Positions 55,235 through 64,000 of a DNA stretch of 64,000 nucleotides are shown here, piece by piece. This DNA is from Octopus vulgaris (lineage: Eukaryota). The notes below the pieces were generated by a model that worked only from the letters and a program-made list of their open reading frames with translations, did not search any database and had not been told where the DNA came from. How positions within the stretch are numbered: the stretch's first letter is position 1; every line of letters begins with the position of its first letter. A program made the translations under genes and the position numbers. The stretch covers positions 44,268,001 through 44,332,000 of the forward strand of contig OX597820.1 in assembly GCA_951406725.2 (NCBI GenBank), given 5' to 3'.

Positions 55235-56785
55235 TTTCATATACACACAACAGATTAGAGTGTTGGAAAAGAAAAATTCCTAACATAGGGCTACAACAAG
55301 TAACCTTAGATGTCAAGAACACTGCTAAGTATCCTATCCTAATAACACTGTTTTCTAGAGCTGTACTAAACTGGGTTTTATACCTATTTCCTCTATCCAG
55401 CTGTTCAGATCTTTAGGGATAGTTCCCAATGCACCTATAACTACTGGGATAAATTTTACCCGCACTTCCCACAGTCTCTGTAATTCAATGGCTAGGTCCT
55501 GGTACTTTGCTATTTTTTCTGTACCTCTCATATTGATTTTTTTCATCATTTGGGACTATAAAGTCAATTATCTGACACTTTCTAGTTTCTTTATCTACCA
55601 CTACTAAATCAGGCCTTCTAGCTTCTTATAACTCTGTCAGTCTGAATGTTAAAGTCCCGCATGAGGTTCGTGTTCATACCATTTATTAGTATGTTCAAAT
55701 CCTTGCTTTCTACATAACTCCCAGTGGATTACTCTCCCTAGGTTGTCATGTCTTGTATTCTTTCTGTGCCAGCATGCTACATTCATGTACTATATGAGTA
55801 ACGTTTTCCTTTTTTGATTTGCATAACTTACATTGGGAATCTACTTTGTTTTTGTCTATCTTGGCTTTTATCCAACTAGTCCTTAATGCTTGATCTTGTG
55901 CAGCAACTAACAAACTTTCTGTCTCCCTTTTCAGCTTTTCTTTCTGCAACCATAGCCATGTCTCTCTACTACTATTTGCTGCAACTATCTTTGAGAATCT
56001 ATCGTGCAACGCCTTCGCCTGCCAGTCGGATAATTTCTGTTCTTTCTTCTGGTTTTTAACTTCATTTGAATTTTCGGTTTCCCTATGTCTTGCTGTGACT
56101 CTAGTAGCTTTTAATAAACTTTCTTCACTATTACCCACATAGGAGTCTATGTCTACTCTAGCTAACTTCACGTAGTCTTCTACTGATATTAGCCCTCTTC
56201 TGCCTTCCTCTCAAGGTAGTATAATCTTGCTACTCCTGCCCTTTGGTGGAGTCCTCCATTCATATTGAATTCCTTCCTAGTTCTTCTGTCTAGCTTTGCT
56301 AATTCAGTTTTTGTCCAATCTACAAAAGCTGCTGAGTATCTAAGTAATGATACCGTCCAAGTATTTACAACCTTCACTAAATTCGAACCATTTAGCTTTG
56401 ACTTTATTAGCTTCCTCACCCTTCTGATGTACTCCTTCTCAATTTTCGTTTTCATTTCTATAGTTAGTACTCTGTCAGATTTTAATACTCCTAGATACTT
56501 ATAACTCTCTCTTCCTTTCAATGATTTTAATGTCTGGCCATCTGGCAATTGGGTGCCTTTGTTGTTGACTACCTGTCCCCTTCTCATGACTAATATTGCA
56601 CACTTATCTATGCCAAATTCCATGCCTATATCTTTGCTGAAGGGCCTGTATTAAGGAATCCATCTCTTTTTCATACTTACTAAAAAGCTTCAGATCATCA
56701 ATATAGAGCAAATGGTTAATTTTTTCCTTGCTATTTCTGAACTGATACTCTGCCTTTGCCTTCCTTAATACTAAACTGATGGAGA
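55235..56785 (-). mobile_element. R4/Dong-clade non-LTR retrotransposon, 5'-truncated; RT, CCHC and restriction-like endonuclease pseudogene
   Basis: NHLLYIDDLKLF, MEFGIDKC, YKYLG, AAQDQAL, CKLC...THIVHEC, RHD, RPDLVV, EKIAKYQDL, PVVIGALG. Confidence 0.92.
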
Positions 56786-56855
<70 letters not shown>

Positions 56856-56858
<3 letters not shown>

Positions 56859-57386
56859 TAGTTTTATTTTTATAGCGTGCTTTCACTTCACTACCGAGCG
56901 CAGCTCTGTGTGCCTTGGGTATATGCTGTCACTTGTTGTGATGCTCTGATGGTTATTGTATGGAAAGTGTTCTGCGTAGGATGTGTGCAGTGCCTAGTAG
57001 TGCAATTTTCTGTATGTTATATGTGTTTGTAAGTCCTGGTGTTTTTGTTATGTATTTGTCTGAATTTTTTTTATCATGCCTAATGCACCTACTATGATAG
57101 GAATTGTTTCTGTTTCAGATTCCACATTCTAGTTACCTCTATTTCCAGGTCTTTGTATTTTGAGAGTTTCTCCATTTCTTTTAGAGACACGTTGTCATCT
57201 GTCGGTATTGATACATCAATTAGAAAGGATTTTTTTTCTTCATGATCTCTAACAACTATATCTGGTCTGTTGGCCTTAATTTCTCTATCTGTGTGTATCG
57301 GCATATCCCAGAGTATGGTTGCTTTCTCGTTTTCTGTGACCTTTTCTGGTGTGTGCCTATACCATCTTTTTTCTGTTGTTATTCCA
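56856..57386 (-). mobile_element. Second R4/Dong-type family, 3' fragment within (TAA)n
   Basis: ILWDMPIHTDREIKANRPDIVV...IDVSIP...EKLSKYKDL...IVGALG...GTAHILRRTL. The UTR runs into (TAA)n at 56786-56855, and (TAA)n/(TGA)n lies at 57387-57487. Confidence 0.92.
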
Positions 57387-57422
57387 TTATTATTATTATC
57401 ATCATCATCATCATCATCATCA

Positions 57423-57487
<65 letters not shown>

Positions 57488-57841
57488 GAAACGTAACCGA
57501 CCCAAGAGTCTCTTTCTCTAAAAAAATCTTAATGTATTGAATTCTACTTATTCCTTTCAACCTAACCTCTGTATAAGTTATTGTACACACAATCGCAACA
57601 CCGAGATTTCGATTCCTAAACCGGTAGTAGTGCGTTGTGTTCATAAACAAAACATCTCATTTCTCCTTGCTCCAGACCACTCAGCTGTAAACGATAGATT
57701 GGCGTTCCACCTTACCAGTAGGGTGGCATCATTGAACAGCTACAGCAATTCGAGGGAACACATTGTGATCGATTGTGTATAACATCCGATAGTCAGGTTT
57801 ATACAGTGACACTGCGATAGATAAATAGATGGCTAGCGAGC

Positions 57842-58176
<335 letters not shown>

Positions 58177-58416
58177 AATTCTATTTTGTAACATTGGATC
58201 TCGAAATAGGTAAGCTATAAAAATGATAGCATGCATATAATGGGTTAAAAATCCTTTTATATAGAAAATGTTCCACAGGCAGCCTTAAACTGTTTCTAAC
58301 TAAAGGTTTGCTTCGAGACCCAATGTTCCACAAAAGAATTATTTCATGTTATCTCAAAGTTTATAAATTCCTATGACGTCAGTAATATATACACACATAC
58401 ATTTATACAGACATAT

Positions 58417-58492
<76 letters not shown>

Positions 58493-58500
58493 TTATGTAT

Positions 58501-58803
58501 GCGCCCTTTTCAAGCCTAGCCAGGCTGATGAGCCCGGTTTCCCGGTTTCTATGGCGTATGTGTTCCCCCCAGCTGGACGGGACGTCAGTCAATCGCAGCG
58601 TTACTCAAGAAACAGGAAGAAAGAGTGAGAGTAAGTTGGGGAGAAAGAGTACAACAGGGATTGCCACCACCCCCTGCCAGAGCCTCGTAGAGCTTTAGGT
58701 GTTTTTGCTCAATAAACACACACACAACGCCCGGTCTGGGAATGGAAACTGCGATGCCCTGACCGCGAGTCCGCTGCCCTAACCACTGGGCCATTACGCC
58801 TCC
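58501..58803 (-). mobile_element. SINE family C, tail type 1
   Basis: Reverse complement of 26388-26689. Confidence 0.9.
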
Positions 58804-58835
58804 ACTTATATATACATATATACATATAGATATAC

Positions 58836-58870
<35 letters not shown>

Positions 58871-58871
58871 C

Positions 58872-58922
<51 letters not shown>

Positions 58923-58923
58923 G

Positions 58924-58972
<49 letters not shown>

Positions 58973-59074
58973 ATATATATAGTTAATCCAAACATGAAAG
59001 CACAAAAAAACACTACAACGCGGGGACGTGGAACAAATATAGTATTATTGGACGCTCAGGAAAGAAGGAAAGAA

Positions 59075-59130
<56 letters not shown>

Positions 59131-59180
59131 GTGTGTGTGTGTGTATGTATGTATATATATATATTATGTTTTATATATAT

Positions 59181-59735
59181 GCTGTGAAAATTAGTCGAAA
59201 AATATCTTTAAAAATGCCAATCACTGGGAATATAACAAGCTCAACAGAAATCGGGCTACAAGCCAAGAAATTAACCATCTCAGTAGAAAGCCGTGGAATG
59301 AGGAAATAGATATCCCTGGATCAATTCATTTCGAATTTTGAGACCTTACCTCTTTTAATTCTCATCAGCAGATTTCAATATACATAGGGTTAAAAACTTT
59401 GCTCATTTCACTGTGCATGGTAGCCGTTGAAAAGCTAACGCCGAATTCAAAAACGGTGTCAGTGTATAAAATCACTAAATGAATAAATATTCGAAAATAT
59501 TTATATAGATATTATTATTAAGCATTATCATTAGTAAAATGAATAATAACAACAATAATGTAAGTGGCCAGCAAGCAAAAGCCGATAAATGACAAATCTA
59601 AAATTTTATAATTAATTTATAATTATAATAGGGCACACGAGGTGCCAGCGTTGCTGGGAAAATCAGAGTCGAAAAGTCCTCTAAAAAACCACCAATCACT
59701 GGGAATGTAACAACCACATCGGAAACAGAAATAGA
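59181..59735 (-). mobile_element. Hammerhead-bearing unit of about 470 bp with partial terminal redundancy (retrozyme or pLTR-like)
   Basis: 59181-59250 is repeated, diverged, at 59653-59730 (AGTCGAAAA...CCAATCACTGGGAAT.TAACAA). An HHR lies inside. Confidence 0.65.
59314..59373 (-). ncRNA. Type I hammerhead ribozyme, core intact, one stem III mismatch
   Basis: Minus strand: TCTG CTGATGA GAATT-(AAAAGAGGTAAGGTCTCAA)-AATTC GAAA TGAATTGA TC CAGG. G10.1-C11.1 pair and AUC triplet. Confidence 0.7.
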
Positions 59736-59774
59736 AATTTTACTAATGATAATAATCAATAATGATATTTATAT

Positions 59775-60009
59775 AAATATCAAGAAATGTAGGGCCTCTA
59801 CTGGTCAGTCTTGAAGAAGTGTCTGCATCTATATATGCAGACCTATGCAAGGATATATTCAAGAGAAGACTGGTGGTTGCCCATATATGCAGGTCTCCCT
59901 TCTCCACTGTACCGATCTCATCCAAGAGAAGAGCAGCCGCTTTCGAGACAAAAGAGTTTTGTCAGAGAGCTGCTGTCAGAACACAAATGGCCAGAACAGA
60001 TACTCTAAG
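59775..60009 (+). pseudogene. Possible heavily frameshifted TRAF-like RING-HC exon relic
   Basis: Across frames and in order: KKCRASTG, VLKKCLH, ICRPMQGYIQEKTGGCP, ICRSPFS, DLI, FRDK, SFVRELLS, CQNTNG. Needs five or more indels. Confidence 0.4.
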
Positions 60010-61462
60010 GTATATATTCCGAGTCTCCGACAGATGTGCCAATCAATCGCGACGGTTAAATACTTTTTTATCGATCCCGAAAGCATAACTGTCAAAGTTG
60101 GCCACAGCGGGATTTGAACTCAGAATGTAATGAGCTGAAACAAATAACGAGAGGTATTCTTTCCAAAGCTCTAACGACTCTACCAATCTGCCGAAATTCA
60201 TTCCTTCTACATAACGTCAACCATCTCAAGTTAACTTTCAGCCTTCAATTTGTCCTATACAAGTTAATTTGCAGATGTTCAAATTGAACGACATCTATCG
60301 CACTTTCGTAAGTCTTGGGCACTGGTTCTCCTTTCGGACTAAACCATTAACAGGAATTGCCATTTTACCGTTGTGATATACTCTATGGAACATGTGACTA
60401 TACTGGGGCGTCTGTTGTTTCATTTCCAAACATAAACGCTAACCTCATTTACTTCACTAATCTCAGCGCAGCTTGTTTCTCCCTGAGTAAGCCAGTATAA
60501 AATAAGAGAAAGAGAGAGAGAGACCAAATCAATACATGTGAGTTTGTGTGGGTATATGTATGCATTTGCGTGCATATATGTGCTTGTATGTTTATATATG
60601 CAAACATATATTTGTGTGAGGTGGATGGTTATAACGATGACGTAAAAGATATTTCCGAGAATAAAGTGAGGTGTGGGATGCCAGACTAGATATATTGAAT
60701 GATATAACAGATTAAGAGATCAAGAGAAGGAAAGATTGAAGAAGAAAGAGGTGGGAAAGAGGTGGGAAAATAGAGAAAGAAGATGAGAGAAATAGAAAGA
60801 GGAGGATAGAGAGAAAAGAACGAGACAGAATGAAGCGAAAGGTAGGAGAGACAGGGAATGCAAAAATTGGAAGAACTATATAGAGCAAGAGGTGCCAGAG
60901 ATGGGAAGACAGGAATAGAGGGAGAGGTCGGAGTTAAAAGTTTGGCAGAAAGAGTAGATGATAGAAAAATAAGCATTATGAATTAAAGTTAAGAATATGG
61001 AGAGATAATTAAAAAGAAAAAAAGAAGTAGGGATAGAGAGAGGATATAATGAAAGAGCCATTTAGAACGAGTTAGAAAGTATAAAATGATGTAATAAAAA
61101 AGAAATGCAGATTTTGGGAAAAGACGTTGAAGAATGGAAAGTAAAAAGTTGATGTAAATTTAATTATGACTAGATTGTTGTCTGTTTGTTTTCCTAGTTT
61201 TCGCCCTTGAATTGTTTCAGCCGATCATGTGTTTCGTCGTAACCGGATGCAGATTAATTTGCCGTGGTTTAGCTCTCCAGGCATGTAGCCTCGTTTTTAT
61301 CTCTTATTTCGCTAGAATGGTTGACTTCCGGACTATGGTTAGCGCGTGTTCAATGGACATATTTAGTGAATTAGAAAGATTACACAAGTGAGTTAGAATC
61401 CGTAACCACTTGTAAAAGTTTCGGCTGATATACATACACACACACACACGCTCACACACACA

Positions 61463-61507
<45 letters not shown>

Positions 61508-61832
61508 GTACACACTCACACACACGCACACACGCAGATACACAGACATGCGCTCAGACAGATACACACAAACACATACACATTAAGATGCACGAGCATT
61601 TAGACATATGCACGCATGTCCGCGCACTCCCACAAGCTCTGATAAATACATACAAATGTCGGTGCAGATATTTGTGCTTATTGATACATATTGATGTATG
61701 GGAAATTAGGTGCACGTATTCAGAAACAAACTATGCCATTTAAAGTACATACAATGTGTGTTTGTGTAACAATATATATATCTGTGAGTATGTATGTGTG
61801 TATGTATGTATGTATGTATGTATGTATGTATG

Positions 61833-61863
<31 letters not shown>

Positions 61864-61944
61864 CCATGTATCTGTATATATATGTGTATGTATGTATGTG
61901 TATCCAGTTTGTGTATATACATATACATTTTGTGCATGTGTGTA

Positions 61945-62191
61945 CTCTCTTTTTCTCTTTTTACTTGTTTCAGTCATTTTGACTGTGGCCATGCTGGAGC
62001 ACCGCCTTTAGTCGAGCAAATCGACCCCAGGACTTATTTTTTGTAAACCTAGTACTTATTCTATCGGTCTCTTTTGCCGAACCGCTAAGTTACGGGGACA
62101 TAAACACAACAGGATCGGTTGTCAAGCGATGTTGTGAGACAAACATAGACACACAAACATATACACACAAACATATACACACACATACATA

Positions 62192-62267
<76 letters not shown>

Positions 62268-62430
62268 CGACGGGATTCTTTCAGTTTCCGCCTACTAAAT
62301 CCACTCACAAGGCTTTGGTCGGCCTGAGGCTATAGTAGAAGACACTTGCTCAAGGTGCCACGCAGTGAGACTGAACCCGGAACCATGTAGCTCGTAAGCA
62401 AGCTACTTACCACACAGCCACCCCTATGCC
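61945..62430 (-). mobile_element. SINE family A, full length
   Basis: Reverse complement of the consensus, flanked by a long direct duplication. Confidence 0.92.
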
Positions 62431-63580
62431 TGTATATATGTGTATGTATGTATGTATGTTCTGTATGTATGTATATATTATGTATGTGTATCCATTTTGT
62501 GTATACACATATACATTTTGTGCATGTGTGTATGCGTATCTTTATTTTATCTCTACTTGTTACAGTCATTGGACTGCAGCCATGCTGTGTTACTACCTTG
62601 AGGGGTAAAATTGAACAAACTGACCCCACTAATTATGTTATTTTTAAGTGTGGTACTTATTCTGTCGTTATATTTTGTTGAACCGTAAAGTAACGAGCAC
62701 GAAAACAAGTCAACATCAGTTGTCAAGTGGTCGGAGTTACAAACAGATTAAGATACACATACACACACACACACACGTTGTGTATGCGTGCGTGAGTAAA
62801 TATATGTCTACTACATATGTGGAAAATCGGTGTGTGTTTGTTTGTGGTGTTGTTAGTCATCTCCTCCTAGAAGGGGCCTTTATATCCACCTCACATAACT
62901 ATTTTTTAAACACCCAAGGGAAATAACCCACAGCATCTGTACAACCCATTTCATTGTTTATGTTCGATTACTTTGAATATTGATATTTTGTGTGTCCTGT
63001 TTCTAAGTTTTTGCAGACAATATCACTATTATACTTTGACACGTGGGTAGAACTCCTGTCTGGAAACCTCGTGATGTACTTAGATTGTTGAAAAAATCGA
63101 TAATAGGGCCCTGTCAATGAATCCTTCTATCTACTACATATTACTAATATTTTATTTAAACAACCCAAAGGAAATAACCTATACCACGTGCAGGTTTTAG
63201 CGAAGCGATCAATATTTGATTCTCACGATCACAGATTTGAACTGCTAAACACTATTTTTGCACTTCCTTAATTTGAATCTTAATCCTTAAAGACTTCATT
63301 CATACATTTCTATGCATACATACTTTTTTTAATGCCCATTACTCCGATAATTTTGCATTTTTACAGTTACACTTTTCCCATGCCAGTAGATAAATTTTTT
63401 TATTCCACAACGTATTTGTAGTGGCTTCATGCAGACATAGCGTGGATTCGATCCTCGATTGCAAAATTTTACTTAAAACTTCAACAGCGCTTTTCTCACG
63501 GTAAAAACTATAGTTTCTCTGTGAATGACAGTAGTTATACATTTCCCAGATGCCTTCGCTAAGCAAAATAATATATTTGC

Positions 63581-63672
63581 CTCTCGCCAACCTCCGACAA
63601 CTTCTCTCACCAACCTCCGATAATCTTTCTCGCTAACCTCCGAAAACCCCTCTCGCCAACCTCCAACAATCT
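63581..63672. repeat. Four copies of a 23-bp tandem unit
   Basis: CTCTCGCCAACCTCCGACAACTT-like units at 63581, 63604, 63627 and 63650. Confidence 0.9.
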
Positions 63673-64000
63673 CTCCCTCTCCAGCTGACGGTTTCTTCTA
63701 CTTTTACGTGACGGAAAATGCACCTTTTGTGGCAGTTATAACGAAATTGCTTTCTTATATCAGAGTAATAAGGTGTTTCAATAGAACATCTTTACCCCCG
63801 GGAATTATCGGGTATATCATCTAGTATATATATATTAAAATAATGACGATAGAAATTGATATCAATCAACATGAATTTAAACCAGTGGTCTAGCAAATTC
63901 AAAAAAATCCGATCTAAAAATTATATTACAATTAATAAGAGGAATGACCAATAAAGTGGATCCCTAATGCTTTACATAGTTCAACAGGTTCCCGGCTACG

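Overview
AT-rich, microsatellite-saturated animal non-coding DNA. The SINE families match my recollection of octopus (coleoid cephalopod) repeats, but this is unverified. No intact protein-coding gene is supportable: almost every ORF in the track is a translated (TA)n, (CA)n, (GATA)n, (TATG)n or (ACC)n repeat. The window holds four tRNA-derived SINE families (called A-D here), a decayed mariner, several MITEs and an internally deleted Helitron with intact ends. It also holds a stack of R4/Dong-type LINE pieces in (TAA)n, two LINE 3' ends inserted in (TATC)n, and two Penelope-like (PLE) GIY-YIG remnants with inverted architecture. A 15-bp minisatellite and a possible decayed TRAF-like RING exon are also present. 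The most striking layer, which the ORF track does not show, is about ten type I hammerhead ribozyme (HHR) motifs plus two half-motifs in PLE-derived or retrozyme-like repeats, most with a self-complementary stem III. The best case is a near-perfect DNA palindrome centred at 22523/22524 that encodes one core-intact hammerhead on each strand. All structures were read by eye; no folding, alignment or database search was run.
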